Source: the human T2T-CHM13v2.0 reference genome, Homo sapiens. From it: a stretch of 64,000 nt of DNA. The DNA is taken from assembly GCF_009914755.1 (NCBI RefSeq), contig NC_060931.1; one strand, written 5' to 3'. Both the position numbers and the translations under genes were made by a program. A model generated the notes under the pieces. It was not told where the DNA came from and searched no databases. It worked only from the letters and a program-made list of their open reading frames with translations. Shown piece after piece: positions 15,251-36,629 of the stretch (position 1 is its first letter; every line of letters starts with the position of its first letter).

Positions 15251-16069
15251 TATGGAAAATATTACTGTTAATAGTGCTTAAATAGTTGATAGGCTGCAGT
15301 TAACCTGCAGGACTCCTTGGTACAGGGTGCAGTGTTGAGTTCAATCCAACCAAGACACCAGCACACACTGGTTGGGGAGAGACACGGGAGTAGGGAGAGC
15401 AGCTATGGCCTGGGAGCACTACCAGGGGAAAGGCAGCTGGTGGAGCACCTTGGAGGAAATTCAAGCCTCCTTGGCAATTAGGGAAGATTGATTGTGTGTT
15501 TACAGCCGTAATCACCCATGTGCTCTGTGGTCTCAGACTTCCATGTCCCTGCACTTATCACACAGGGGCCCTGAAACATGGCAGTCACTGAGGACTCAGT
15601 CTGCAGTCGAGATAGACATTAGGGAGTGGTGAGGTTTGTGGTGAACCAAAGCTGCAGACGCCTTTGTAAGAAGAAGGTGACCCCTCAACTTCAGCCAACT
15701 GTTGTCATGTCAGAACACTAGCAAATCATCTTGTTTTTTCAAATATGAAAAGTAGGAATTCTATGGAGAACTTCCTGGTTTAAAAATGCAAGAAAAATTA
15801 GCTCTTTATCTACAAGCAAGTTGCAGCCTGCAGATCACAGTCGTGAACCCCCAGATGAGAGGCTCGTAACATAATCCTCTTGCCACGCCCTTTGATGTGC
15901 AAGCACCACTGGCAAGAAGTCTGGATAGTTTTCTCGTAAGATTCTAACCAGTCCCAGAGGAAAAAAAACTATTTCTTACTTTTCTCTGGGAGAATTTATA
16001 CACTGATTAAAGGAGTATTACCATCTTAAGACCACTTTTCTGCCACTTTTACTGCCTCAGTCTGCAGCT

Positions 16070-16830
16070 CAACAACCTGTTCAAGGCTAGGAGTTGGAAG
16101 TCATTTGCTATCCCCTTCTCCTCGCCCTCACAGCCAATCCATGACAGAGTATTAAGAATGGATCACTTCGGTATCTCATAGATCTATCCTTCCCACTCAC
16201 ATTTCAGGCCATGCCATCCTCTTGCTGAAGCCCTAACTGATGCTTCCTAACAGGTTCTCGTGTCTCTCCCTGACCAGGCCCTCTTACACACTCTGCAGAA
16301 TTACCATCGACAGTGTACATTGGATGAGATTGTGTCACCATCATGCTTAGAACCACTCCTATCACTGACAGGTCAATATCTGAGCTCCTTGGCACAACAC
16401 ACATGTCCAGGGAGTGGCCAGTAATTAGTTGTGCCTGGAGTATTGAGAGCATCAGTGGCCGGGAACATCAGGCAAGATGTGATGTTTTAAAGAGCCTTGA
16501 ATGCCATGCTAAGGACTTGGAACTGCATTACCCAGCCCATGGGGAGCTCTGGGAGGTTTAAAGCAGAGAAGAACCTTGCCTTGTCTAAATTCTGTAAGTC
16601 TCAACACTCTGCTTCCTTCATAGCACTTATGGAAGTTTGCAATTATTTCGTGGACTTGTTTATTTTTTTCCATATCTTCCACTAAATGTCAAGCTATGAG
16701 CAGAAATAAATTATGTCTGTTTTGTTCACATTTACTTCTCAACTACCCTGTAAGTCCCTGGAACATAGTATGAATTCCATAAAAAGTAATTGAATACATG
16801 AGTAAATGAAGGATGCATGCAGGAATAGAT
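16070..16830 (+). mobile_element. L2 3' fragments
   Basis: L2 3'-end-like TGTCTGTTTTGTTCAC...CCCTGGAACATAGTA...GAATACATGAGTAAATGAA. Confidence 0.55.
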
Positions 16831-17821
16831 GAGTAGAATCAACACAAAATTAACCATGGGTTTCATTCAACACATACCTCACCACTCCTGCATGTATATA
16901 AGATTCTTCTGAAAGCGGGGAGGAGCCAAGATGCCCGAATAGGAACAGCTCTGGTCTACAGCTCCCAGCCTGAGCGACGCAGAAGACGGGTGATTTCTGC
17001 ATTTCCATCTGAGGTACCGGGTTCATCTCACTAGGGAGTGCCAGACAGTGGGCGCAGGTCAGTGGGTGCGCGCACCGTGCGCGAGCCTAAGCAGGGCGAG
17101 GCATCGCCTCACTCAGGAAGCGCAAGGGGTCAGGGAGTTCCCTTTCCTAATCAAAGAAACGGGTGAAGGACGGCACCTGGAGAATCGGGTCACTCCCACC
17201 CGAATACTGCGCTTTTCCGACGGGCTTACAAAACGGCGTACCACCAGATTATATCCCGCACCTGGCTCGGAGGGTCCTACCCCACGGAGTCTCGCTGATT
17301 GCTAGCACAGCAGTCTGAGATCAAACTGCAAGGCGGCAGCGAGGCTGGGGGAGGGGCACCCAACATTGCACAGGCTTGCTCAGGTGAACAAAGCAGCCGG
17401 GAAGCTCGAACTGGGTGGAGCCCACCACAGCTCAAGGAGGCCTGCTTGCCTCTGTAGTCTCCACCTCTGGGGGCAGGGCACAGACAAACAAAAAGACAGC
17501 AGTAACCTCTGCAGACTTAAATGTCCCTGTCTGACGGCTTTGAAGAGAGCAGTGGTTCTCCCAGTACGCAGCTGGAGATCTGAGAACCGGCAGACTGCCT
17601 CCTCAAGTGGGTACCTGACCCCTGACCCCCAAGCAGCCTAACTGGGAGGCACCCTCCAGCAGGGGCACACTGACACCTCACACGGCAGGGTATTCCAACA
17701 GACCTGCAGCTGAGGGTCCTGTCTGTTAGAAGGAAAACTAACAAACAGAAAGGACATCCACACCAAAAATCCATCTGTACATCACCATCATCAAAGATCA
17801 AAAGTAGATAAAACCACAAAG

Positions 17822-18838
17822 ATGGGGAAAAAACAGAACAGAAAAACTGGAAACTCTAAAAAGCAGAGCGCCTCTCCTCCTCCAAAGGAACGCAGCTCCT
17901 CACCAGCAACGGAACAAAGCTGGACGGAGAACGACTTTGACGAGCTGAGAGAAGAAGGCTTCAGACAATCAAATTACTCTGAGCTACGGGAGGACATTCA
18001 AACCAAAGGCAAAGAAGTTGAAAACTTTGAAAAAAATTTAGAAGAATGTATAACTAGAATAACCAATACAGAGAAGTGCTTAAAGGAGCTGATGGAGCTG
18101 AAAACCAAGGCTCGAGAACTACATGAAAAATGCAGAAGCCTCAGGAGCCGATGCGATCAACTGGAAGAAAGGGTATCAGCAATGGAAGATGAAATGAATG
18201 AAATGAAGCGAGAAGAAAACTTTAGAGAAAAAAGAATAAAAAGAAACGAGCAAAGCCTCCAAGAAATATGGGACTATGTGAAAAGACCAAATCTACGTCT
18301 GATTGGTGTACCTGAAAGTGATGGGGAGAATGGAACCAAGTTGGAAAACACTCTGCAGGATATTATCCAGGAGAACTTCCCCAATCTAGCAAGGCAGGCC
18401 AACGTTCAGATTCAGGAAATACAGAGAACGCCACAAAGATACTCCTCGAGAAGAGCAACTCCAAGACACATAATTGTCAGATTCACCAAAGTTGAAATGA
18501 AGGAAAAAATGTTAAGGGCAGCCAGAGAGAAAGGTCGGGTTACCCTCAAAGGGAAGCCCATCAGACTAACAGCGGATCTCTCGGCAGAAACCCTACAAGC
18601 CAGAAGAGAGTGGGGGCCAATATTCAACATTCTTAAAGAAAAGAATTTTCAACCCAGAATTTCATATCCAGCCAAACTAAGCTTCATAAGTGAAGGAGAA
18701 ATAAAATCCTTTAGAGACAAGCAAATGCTGAGAGATTTTGTCACCACCAGGCCTGCCCTAAAAGAGCTCCTGAAGGAAGTGCTAAACATGGAAAGGAACA
18801 ACTGGTACCAGCCACTGCAAAATCATGCCAAAATGTAA
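17822..18838 (+). CDS. LINE-1 ORF1p (338 aa, intact reading frame)
   Basis: MGKKQNRKTGNSKKQSASPPPKERSSSP...; coiled coil plus REKG, ARR and YPAKLS motifs all present. Confidence 0.9.
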   Translation: MGKKQNRKTGNSKKQSASPPPKERSSSPATEQSWTENDFDELREEGFRQSNYSELREDIQTKGKEVENFEKNLEECITRITNTEKCLKELMELKTKARELHEKCRSLRSRCDQLEERVSAMEDEMNEMKREENFREKRIKRNEQSLQEIWDYVKRPNLRLIGVPESDGENGTKLENTLQDIIQENFPNLARQANVQIQEIQRTPQRYSSRRATPRHIIVRFTKVEMKEKMLRAAREKGRVTLKGKPIRLTADLSAETLQARREWGPIFNILKEKNFQPRISYPAKLSFISEGEIKSFRDKQMLRDFVTTRPALKELLKEVLNMERNNWYQPLQNHAKM

Positions 18839-18901
18839 CGACCATCAAGACTAGGAAGAAACTGCATCAACTAACGAGCAAAATAACCAGCTAACATCAT
18901 A

Positions 18902-22714
<3,813 letters not shown>

Positions 22715-23921
22715 ACAATGAGATCACATGGACACAGGAAGGGGAACATCACACTCTGGGGACTGTTGTGGGGTGGGGGGACGGGGGAGGGATAGCATTG
22801 GGAGATATACCTAATGCTAGATGATGAGTTAGTGGGTGCAGCACACCAGCATGGCACATGTATACGTATGTAACTAACCTGCACATTGTGCACATGTACC
22901 CTAAAACTTAAAGTATAATAATTAAAAAATAAATAAATAAATAAAAAGATTCTTCTGAAATATATCATGATAAAATGCAAATTGTAGTGAAGCTTGGACA
23001 CAATAGAATACAGCAACAATGACTGGATCTGAATGATGTGCATCTTATTGAGCAGTGCACAGGGCAGAGCAGACACTAGCAAGTAATTAGAGGCATAAGA
23101 CTTTCACAAGCGCACATATGCCAGAATTAATGGAAAAATCTGCTCATTTTTACTGGGTGCATAAATGACAGGATTTGTTGTTCAACTCCACCTATAAGCA
23201 TGTAAAATAAAGAGCGCTCACAGTCTTTATTAAGGTCTTCTTTCTTTTAATTCAAATAAATCAAGTTATTTATTAATTCAGACATACACTGAAATGTTAT
23301 TGGGGTCTTCTTTGAGTAGTGAGATTTTCTCAATTGTCCAAAATTTTAATAATAAGCGTGTATTACTTTAAAAATTAGAAAAACATTAAAGATTTAAGAA
23401 ATGATTCTTGAGAATCAATTTATAATGCATTGTTTGAAGCCCTATAGTTGACATTTTTCAAATCCTTTTAATAACATTTTGATCCTTAGAACTATAAATT
23501 TTTAGAGTAGGTGGAAATCTTGCCAGATCATCTGATATAGCTCCCTGTTGTTTCACAGGTAAATTTTTGACTAGCCAGGGTCCCTCCCCCACTGCATGAG
23601 ATTCTAATGAGATTGTCAATCATGGAGATAGGTGGGGAGTCAGGGAATTCAGAGAGGCTAGAGAACAAAATCCAAATTAAACTAAACTCACAGAGTAATT
23701 GAAATATTTATTTCTCTGGAAACTAATTAATCCAGAAGTGTTCACATGACTCAAACAGGGATAATCAGACTATTTCTGTAGAGAAGAGGATTGTTCTCTT
23801 TATCTTGGCTCACAGGTCAACAGAACATGTGTGTTTGGAACTGTCATTCAAACTTTGAGTGATAGATCTGCTTGGCCCAACTCCTTGGACTTCCCAGAAG
23901 TTGTATTAAGCCAAAAAGTTG

Positions 23922-23925
<4 letters not shown>

Positions 23926-23959
<34 letters not shown>
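23926..23959. repeat. (TG)17 microsatellite
   Basis: Seen directly. Confidence 0.97.
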
Positions 23960-23965
<6 letters not shown>

Positions 23966-24189
23966 TGCTGAAGGTTTGCATTCATTTTCTGTCACATACA
24001 TCAGAAGGAATTCTTAATAAACAATCACCCATAACTAATGCCATCTGTCCCCTTTGTTAAGATCTCCAAACATGAGGACCCTACAATATTCCTGGGTCTC
24101 TCAATTCAATGATTTTTGTTTTTATAATAAGTGGTAGCAAAAACAAAATTACATTTAACTTAAACTTTCTGCTAAAATATAAAGTTAAG

Positions 24190-27460
<3,271 letters not shown>

Positions 27461-27909
27461 AGTACCTCTTTCTCAACTGGTCCTCCACAATCTCCAATTC
27501 TTCATTAAAGTCCTTTATATAAATGGAGATGAATCCAATGTCTTTTACTCATCTTTCCTTTTAATTTAACATCCTTTTACTATTGACTTTTCTCTTCTCA
27601 TGGGATTCACTTTCTGCGTCTTCAAGACTTGTGCTGTTCGTCTTTCCACCTGCTTTAGCTTCTCCCCACCCTCCTGAACTGTGTAGCCAGATGTCCAAAA
27701 CAAGCATCATTTGTGTCAATAAGGACACAGTGGCTTGGATGCCATCTTTTCCATTAGAATCTTTTTAGTTGCTTATGAAAACTTACACTTTAACTTTGTT
27801 CTGGAAAGTCAGGGTGCATATTAGCACATTAAAGTTTCTGAGAAAGTCATTACCAAACTATTCTATGTTATAGATCCCAGGATTTTCCCAACATATTGTC
27901 TACAAGATC

Positions 27910-28060
27910 CTTGGAACACAATTTGAAAATTATTAATCTCATCCTATGTCCTCACTTTATAAGAGAGAAAACTTAAGCCCAGAGAAGTAAGGAACTTGTC
28001 CAAGATCACACAGGATGTTAGTGTCAGAGCAGCAGCTAATACTGAAGTCTCTAGAATAAG
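27910..28060 (-). mobile_element. MIR
   Basis: GAAAACTTAAGCCCAGAGAAGTAAGGAACTTGTCCAAGATCACACAG. Confidence 0.7.
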
Positions 28061-29419
28061 ACTACTCTTCTTTCCTCAGCATTCACCCAGAAATCTTGGT
28101 ATTCTTTAAATTTTCATTAGGAATTTTCTATCTCTCCAAATCAAGCTCACGGCCTACAACTTTGCCCTTCACTATCAAGTTTGATTGTTTCTTCCTAGCG
28201 TAAAACTCTACAACTCTGTGAATTAGTGGATGCCTGGGCATTTGGACAGGAATCCAATCGGGGCCTCAGGCTCTGCAGCTAGCTCATTGTGAAAATGCCA
28301 TCTGAAAAGACAATGCTGTGCCTCCTCAGAGGTGGCAGTTCTACTTGGAATTGGCAGCTATTTCTCTGTCATCACTTAGTCACTTCTGTGCTCCAGCTCT
28401 GAAGACAGCCCTGGCTCTGCTGGGAATGACAGACGCTGTGCTCAGCAGAGCCCCCGGCTACCCCACCCAGCCAGGCCCACTTTCAGCAAAGGCTGAGTGA
28501 AAGGGGCAGATGTGGGGCCCAGACTATTTTGACAGAAGATTCACTTTCTCCCCTCTCCCCTCCAAAAGACTATTTTATCTCCATATGTGTGGGTGAATTA
28601 TTTCTATTCTCAATAAAAAGCAAAGAGGAACAGTAAGAAATGATTCCGGATGGCACCTGGGAAGAAATGCACAAAAAGAAAACCTCAGGGGTTTGCGGTA
28701 TTAAAAATGGTTAGTAATCAGACCCACCCAGCCCACAGATTTGCTCATTTGTGCCTAGAGAATTTGGGATTAAGGAAAGGGAAGGGGGTGAGGAAATGTT
28801 ATTTTCTGAAGCTGCCTGCTACTTAAGCTTGATGGTCAGTGAATCAATCTTTAAAAAGAGTTCTGATTTTCTGACTGGGAAAAACAACTGAATTGACACA
28901 TTTGATTATGAACAGGAAGCCTCCTAGGAACAGATAACCTAGATAAGAAAGTAAGACAAAAAGGAAATAAATTGTCCTGCATAATGCAGAGGAATCTAGG
29001 ATTTGGCCAGAAGTGGCTTCCAGTGACTGGAAGTGGGGGTGGGGTCTCTTGAGCAGTGGAGGAATGAAAGCGAGGGGGAGCAAGAGACAGTGCCCCACAG
29101 AAGGGCAGTGGGCAGGGGCCGGGGAAGAAGCATAGTCAGCAAGAAATTCCTTGTGGCAGAAATGACAACATGATGGCAGTAACTGTGACCCAGTGCTTCC
29201 AGTTGTCCCAAACCTCAGTGCAAGTCTGTGACATGCTGCGTCTTGAGTTGGCAGTGTTTGGAGGGCTTAAAGGAAAACAGGCTGCCTGCGGTGCAGGGTG
29301 AGGAGGAGAGAACAGCCATAGGAAAGATGCTGCTGCTGTGATCAAAGGCCAGCAAGAGCGAGACTTGGACCTGTGTCAGGATCCCCAGCTGGTTTTATTG
29401 TTATATTAAATGGAAGATT

Positions 29420-29640
29420 AAGCACTGAGAGCTGGCAGTAACTTGGTAAGAAAAGTAAGATCTCATTTAAACCTCACACCTGGGCCGGACAGAATCATGA
29501 TGCTATTTTACAGACACAGAAACAGAACTTGAGAAAGTGAATTCATCACCTAAGATCACTCAGCCTTTGCCTCTAGAGCATGGCAAAGCCAGGCTGCCTA
29601 CCCTGCTCTGACCCACTCCAAGACATGTGCTCTTAACCAG
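29420..29640 (-). mobile_element. MIR
   Basis: ATTTTACAGA...GAGAAAGTGAATTCATCACCTAAGATCACTCAGC. Confidence 0.55.
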
Positions 29641-30345
29641 TCTGCTTTTAATAAAACTTGTATGTCCTTGAACTTAACTGTGGATCTCCTTGATGGTAGG
29701 GAGTCTGACTTACTCATTCTATAATGCCTGGTGCCTGACATGCAGCAGGTGCTCAATCTGAGTATGTTAAATTGGAACACAGATGTGAAATGAAGTCCTA
29801 CTATTTCTGTCATGAAGAATATTCCCCAGCTAGCTCAAAAGTTATTAATTCGCCTGAGGTCATATAGCAAGAATGTGATGCTCTATCATGTGACCCCTGT
29901 CAGCCCTAAGTAAACTCTCACTGAGGACCTGCTATGTGCAGCGTAGAGCTAGTCAAGCAAATAAAGAGCAGACTAGAAGTGAGGCATTGCAGGTGCTAGG
30001 GGAGCACAGAGGAGGATTCCCAGCTGAGTGGAAGGAAGAGGGGGTAAGGACTAGTTACTGGGCAGGTAACACCTGTCACCTGACCAATGAGTGAGAGATG
30101 CCAAGTGCCAAGTCTTCAGTAAAGGCAAAGGCTGAAGCAGGGAGGCATGGGAGGGAACAATGGCTTCTTTCTCCAGCTAATGTGGGTCAGTTCTTAGAAT
30201 TTCCAGCACAGACGTCCATCTCAATTGGTCCCAGACCTCCCTGCCTGAACTTGAGTCTCAGGAGCTGTCCACCCTTACTCTATCAAATATAATCAATTCA
30301 AGGGTCCTCTGCTGTTGCAAAATTTAAACAGCCTGACTCTTTAGG

Positions 30346-30562
30346 GCTGTACTGTCCCATGTGGTAGCCACTAGCCACATGTGGCTATTTAAACTTAAAT
30401 TTAAATTAATTGAATTTAAATAAAATTAAAAGTATTTCTCGATCACACTAGCCACATTTCAAGGGTTTGATAAGAACTTGTGGCTTGTGCCCACTTTACT
30501 GACAGCACAGTTGTAGAACGCTGCCATTGTTGCAGAAAGGTCTACTGGACTCTGCCGCCCTA
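30346..30562. mobile_element. MER3-like hAT MITE
   Basis: GGTAGCCACTAGCCACATGTGGCTATTTAAA..., CACACTAGCCACATTTCAAG. Confidence 0.8.
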
Positions 30563-31569
30563 GGTCTTCTTTGCCTTCCCAGGCCTGAAACTCCGGCCTG
30601 GATGTAAACAGCATTTCCTCTCTGGCCAGTTTCCCATTCTTCCCTGATTTTTAGTCTCCCCTGGTTCCCAGTCTGAGGAGTCTGAGTCTGGGCTGCTCTC
30701 TTCTGAGTGTTTCAGCCCCTCTGCCCTGCTCACCTCTTGACCCTCATGGGTGAAGTCAGGCTGCCACGCATTTTTCCAAGCTCTTCTCCCAGCCCATATT
30801 CCTCAGCAAGCTGTTCAGCTGAGTACTGTCTTGTGCTTCCCCAGCCTAGGAGTCTAAATGGCAGTTCTTCAAATGAAACCTAGATTTTCTCTCCCCATTT
30901 GAAACGAAAGCTCCACCAGAGGGTTTGAGACATGCTTCTGCCCCTTATGGGGTGATTCAAATAACTTTGGGCAAATCACTGAACCCTTCAGAAAAGCACA
31001 GAAATACATCAGAAGGACATGATGAAGTTTCCATAATCCTACAAAGTTCCCTTCATGGTCCTTGGTCTACATTCTCTTCCTGTGAGATGGTAGTCAGAAA
31101 TCCTCCTGGCTTCTCCAGTGAAGGCATGCCACATCTTATTGAAGGCTCTACCTGTCAACCCTTTCCTTTCACATCACTCCTCTTCCCTGCCTTAACATGC
31201 ACTCCAGTCTGACTCGAGTCTCACATATGCCACGTGTTCCTCTGGGGACCCGTGGAGGCCTTGCCTTGCCCAGAAGTCATCCTGGGTGGGACGGTGCTCC
31301 TGGTTTGTGGAGAGCTGAGTGACAGTTCTTGGCCAGGACAGAGGCTGCTCCTGTCCCATTGGCTCAGCTGTCTTTTTGCTGCCTGTTTGCTGCTTCAGAA
31401 CACAGTGTGTCCAGAGTCCTGACATCACTCCCTAGCATTAGACCCACATCAATGTGGATGTCTATTAAGAAGAATGCTGTGCCTTCTCCATCCAGCCTCC
31501 TTAAGAAGGGAGACTTTCCACAAAGATGTTGAAAATCATGGTGTCTATGTATAGGATCCCTTTGATGTG

Positions 31570-31760
31570 AGTGTTGGGCATTGCATTGGGTTTCTTGTCC
31601 CTGCCTCTCACAACAAGCATGCAAGCTCAGTAGTATTGATTCCATACTTTCCGATGAGGAAACAGGCTCGCAGAAGTTCAGGATTTCAGATAGTAAATGG
31701 CCAAGCTAGAATTAGAAGCCGGGTGCACCTGGCTCATGACTTTGACCTTTCCACTGGCCC
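31570..31760 (-). mobile_element. MIR
   Basis: CTCACAACAAGC...GATGAGGAAACAGGCTCGCAG. Confidence 0.55.
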
Positions 31761-34680
31761 AGCCTCTCTCTACTGCTGATTGAGAGGGGCTTAGTATGTT
31801 ATGCCTTCAGGGGAATTTGCTCTCTTTTTCAGAAAGTACTGGAAATGAGTCTTAAAGACTGTGTTTCTAATGATAGGTTTATAGACACCTGGATAGGCAA
31901 GGGAGTCATATTTTGGGGCAGCAATCTGCTTGGTATCCTTCGGCCAACCTCCCAATGACCCTGTGTGGGCATCAGAGAGCCCCAGCCTCCCACACCTCTG
32001 CTTAGGGCCAAGCCAAAGGTCCTGAGTCAGAGCTGAGAGATGGAGTCACATATTGCCCCCTAAAGTAGGAATGCCCTCCAATCCTTTTCCACGCAGGGTG
32101 AGATCCCAAAGTCAGGGCAAAATAAGGGGCAAGGAGAGGCGGGGTAAAGGGAGAAATCAACAAAGAAGTCTGTTTTTATTTAAAAAAAAATCCGTTGCAC
32201 AGACTGAATGATAAAGCCTTCTGGCTTGAGGAAATTGATTCTGGCAGAAATCTTGGTTCAGCTTGATTCTTTTGGTTCCCATAGGCATCTTTGGGTGACA
32301 ATAAAAGCTCTGTGTCTGGAGCAAACATAGAGTCACAACAATTATTTGCAAAGTGAATGTCTAGTCATCTGGAAACAGAAATAGAAATAAATTCAGCATG
32401 AGTATCAAAAGCAAAAGTCAAGGGGCATAAAGACACTTAATTAGAAACACCTATATGCCCTCCTGTGTGTAAGCATACCCAGAGAGGTCCTGGGCTCTTT
32501 ATCTGTCATTGGAGTATGGTGCTTTCCTGCCTGGGTGTGTGTTCGGCTGATGGCACCATACCATTTCAGCTTTCTCCCTGTCTGCTGCTATCATGGGTAG
32601 GATGTAAAGAACCAGGATTCATTACATTTGGACTATAAACTTTTGCATACAGTACTTCAATGCAAATGTCCTAACAGCCATATGAGATTCTCATTATTTC
32701 TTGTACACATTTCACTCAGGAGGCAATGTGATTTCAAGAACGTAATTGACTTGTGCTGGTTCACACAGCTAAGTGTTGAGCAGATTCAGTATATCCCCAA
32801 GCCCATGGTGAATGCGGTTTCTTGGTTAGGACCCAGGGACCAATTTTTTAATTTCAGCTGTACTACTAAATATTAGTGTGAGCTTGGGAAAATCTCTTTC
32901 CCTCCCAGAGTCTCAGTTTCTTCATTTGTAAAAAAGAAGATATTGGCTTCAATTTTGTCGGCAAACACTTTCTTCTAATACTCTGTGGTTTTATTATCCT
33001 ACGTAGCAACTGCTGGCCTCATAAATAAGACACTATAAACAAACTCACATCACATGTATTATTCTGCAAATTATATACACATATTTTTCCTTAACAATAT
33101 CTTCCTGAGTCATCCATGTTGTTGCCTATCGCTATTTTACCATTTTACATATTCCATAGGATCATACTAGATGATTATACTCGATGTCTTTATCCTCTCT
33201 ACTATTTACTCCAGACACACATTCAAGTGATTTCTGGGTTTTCTGCTTTTTTGAACAATGCAGCTGTGAACATGTTAAACATGCTCCTGGTGCATACGTG
33301 TAGGAATTTTTCTGGGGTATGTATCTAAGGAGTGGAGATGCTGGGTTGTATTTATTAGGTAATGCCATTTATTTCCAAAGTGGTTACCCTCCACTGGGAG
33401 TAAAGGAGAGTTCATGATGTTCCACATTTCTCAATACTTAAAAATTTTGCCAATGTTAGGAGTTATAAATATTGTTTCATTTTGCATTTCCCTAATTATG
33501 AATAGGTTGGGTTTTTTTAATGTTTATGAGCTGTTTATATTTCTTTTTTGGTGAAATGTTCATGTCTTTGGAGTTTTTCTAAAGGGTTCTTTGCATTTTC
33601 TTACTGTTTGCAGTTCTCTATTCTCTAATCTTTGTCAGGTACTCAAGTTGCAAATATCTTGAACACATCATGGCTTACCTCACTCTTTTTGATATCTTGT
33701 AGTGAACAGAAGTTATTAACCGTAACAGTGAATTTATTGATCTTTTACAGGTAGTGTTTTTTGGGTCTCAGGAAGTCCTTCTTTAAGGAAATCTCCTTGA
33801 GAAGGTAAAGATATTATCCTATATTGTCTTCTAAGTTTTACAATATTGCTTTTCATGTTTAGATATTTGATTCATCTGGGGACTTTTGTGTATAATGTGA
33901 AGTAGGGACTCAATACCATTGCTTTTGATATGGATAATCAATTATTACAGCCTCATTTATTAAATGTATGCACACTTGCTCCCAAGCCATCTATTCTGCT
34001 CTATTAGTCAGTTTTTAAAACATTCCTGTGCCAATACTTCTACAGGTCTTGTAATAAATCTTGACATCTTATAGGAAAAATGCCCATATCTCATGTTCTT
34101 CTGACTTTTCTTTACTTGTAAAAATTTTAGTTTGTCAAGCTCCATAAAAAGTCTTACTGAAATTTTGATTAAAACTTTAGATAAATTTAAGAAATGATAC
34201 TTTTATATCTTGTTAAATTACTAGGTTCTTGTTTACATTTTTATTAATGATTGCAATAGACATGCAATTTTTCTTTATTGCATTGACCCTACTGTGCTCT
34301 TGGTATTAATGTTGCAGTCACCTAAATAAAGAAATGAGTTTATTTGCTATTCTTTGGATGTTTGTGTAAGACTGGAATAATCAGTATCTTGAATGTTCAG
34401 TAGGAAAAGCTTATAAAACTGGATATGTTGTTTTCTTCAAGGGAAGATTTAAAAAAGTTGTTAATCCAACTTCTTTCCAGGGGATGACTGTTATTTCTAT
34501 TTCTTCTTGGATCAGTTCTGTTTTTTCTAGGAATTTAGACATTTTATCAAAGTGTCCAAATTTATTGACAGTTTATAATATCCCCATTACCTGTTTACTC
34601 TCTGCAGCTTCTGTAATTTGCCATTCCTTATCTTTTATACCTTCTCTCTTATCTCCTGATTAAGGTTTCAAATAACCAAC

Positions 34681-35022
34681 TGATATGGTTTGGCTGTGTC
34701 CCCACCCAAATCTCATCTTGAATTCTCACGTGTTGTGAGAGGGACCCTGAAGGGTGGTAATTGAATCATGGAGGCAGGTCTTTCCCATGCTGTTCTCGTG
34801 ATAGTGAATAAGTCTCATGAGATCTGATGGTTTTATAAGGGGGAGTTTCCCTGCACAAGCTGTCTGCTGACATCCACGTAAGATGTGTCTTCCTCCTCCT
34901 TGCCTTCGGCCATGATTGTGAGGCCTCCCCAGCCATGTGGAACTTAAGTCCATTAAACCTCTTTTGTAAATTGCGCAGTCTCAAGTATGTCTTTATCAGC
35001 AGTGTGAAAAAGGACTAATACA
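34681..35022 (+). mobile_element. THE1 (THE1A/B-like) solo LTR
   Basis: TGATATGGTTTGGCTGTGTCCCCACCCAAATCTCATCTTGAATT...GGACTAATACA; perfect 5-bp TSD CCAAC at 34676-34680 and 35023-35027. Confidence 0.93.
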
Positions 35023-35502
35023 CCAACTTTGACTTTGTTGATCTGTTTTCTGTTTCATCAATTTCTGCTCATTATTCCCTTCAAATTGGGGTGGGGGAAC
35101 TATTCTGTTACTTATATTCCTGATACAGATATTTATTGATTTTTGGCTTAATGAATGCATTTTAGACTAAAGTCCAAAAAAAAAGTATCTCTAGAACTGC
35201 TTTAGTCATATTCCACATGCAATTTGTAGCATATAATTGTTCTATTTTTTCTCAAATTTTCATCATAAATTATGAATTAATATTTAAAACTGTTTCATTT
35301 GTGATTTCCAACTAAAGGATTTTCAGTCCTTAAGGTTGTTTTTTTCCTCCCCAAGAATTGCCATTTGGCTCCAGGTATGATCAATTACTTCCTTTAACAA
35401 ATATTGGGCACCCACATGTGCCAGGTACTGTTCTAGATGCTTAGGTTACAGGTGTAAACGAAATAGGCCAAAAAGTCATGCTTTCTTGGAGCTCATGTTC
35501 AA

Positions 35503-35837
<335 letters not shown>

Positions 35838-36629
35838 TGAATAGAATGTATACTCTTCACTTGTTGGGTGCAGTTCTACATATGACTGTTAAATCAAGTT
35901 GCTTTTATTACTCAAATCATGCATTTCCTTACTGATTTTTGCTTATTATCTCAATTTCTAAGGAGAGGTATATTAAAATTTCCTGCTGTGATTGTTTCTT
36001 TGTCTATTTCTCGTTTCTAATTACTATCCTAAAAGCCATATTCTTTTAAAAGAAACTGATGTTCAAGAAACATGCCCTATTTCACTAAGATTGTAAAGGA
36101 TGGATTATGGATTCCAGCGTAGTTGGTCTCTATTATGACAATATTAATTGTGCAACTGTTGTCATCTGTTTTCCCTAATATCTACACCCAATAATAACAC
36201 ACCAGTACCTTCCCATCCTTTGGAAAATCCCTCTTCCCAGACTTTTAATCAAATTACCAGAGTTCCTTGCTCCCTGTTCAGCAGCAAATGTGTCTATGGC
36301 TGGTCACCACAGTATCCTGAGCCACACACTGAAATCAGGTCAATGAGTCCCGCCCCTGGACAGATGTATGTGTCTTTATCATATTGCCTTCCAATAAATT
36401 CATATGGTCACTAGCCATGTCTGAAAGTACCTACCAAGGATATGCTATGAGGTTAATTATTGTTTAGCTGTTTGACAAGGATATTTTCCCCTACGATATT
36501 TATCTCATCTGATGATGTTGTCCTGAATTTCCTTGTTATTTCTTCTCCATGGCTGGAGAACATAAACTGTCTTTTAGTCCTAAAAACTTTTATTGCCATC
36601 TGGAATTTACTGCATTGTTGAATAAAGTA

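Noticed and set aside
17277-17366. L1 antisense ORF0
   Set aside because: The ATG is present at 17366-17364, but a 1-bp deletion near 17280 gives TAG after 29 codons and the +4 Kozak G is lost.
29090-29112. Second CTCF-like motif (CCCCACAGAAGGGCAGTG)
   Set aside because: Spacing does not fit the core consensus without a gap.
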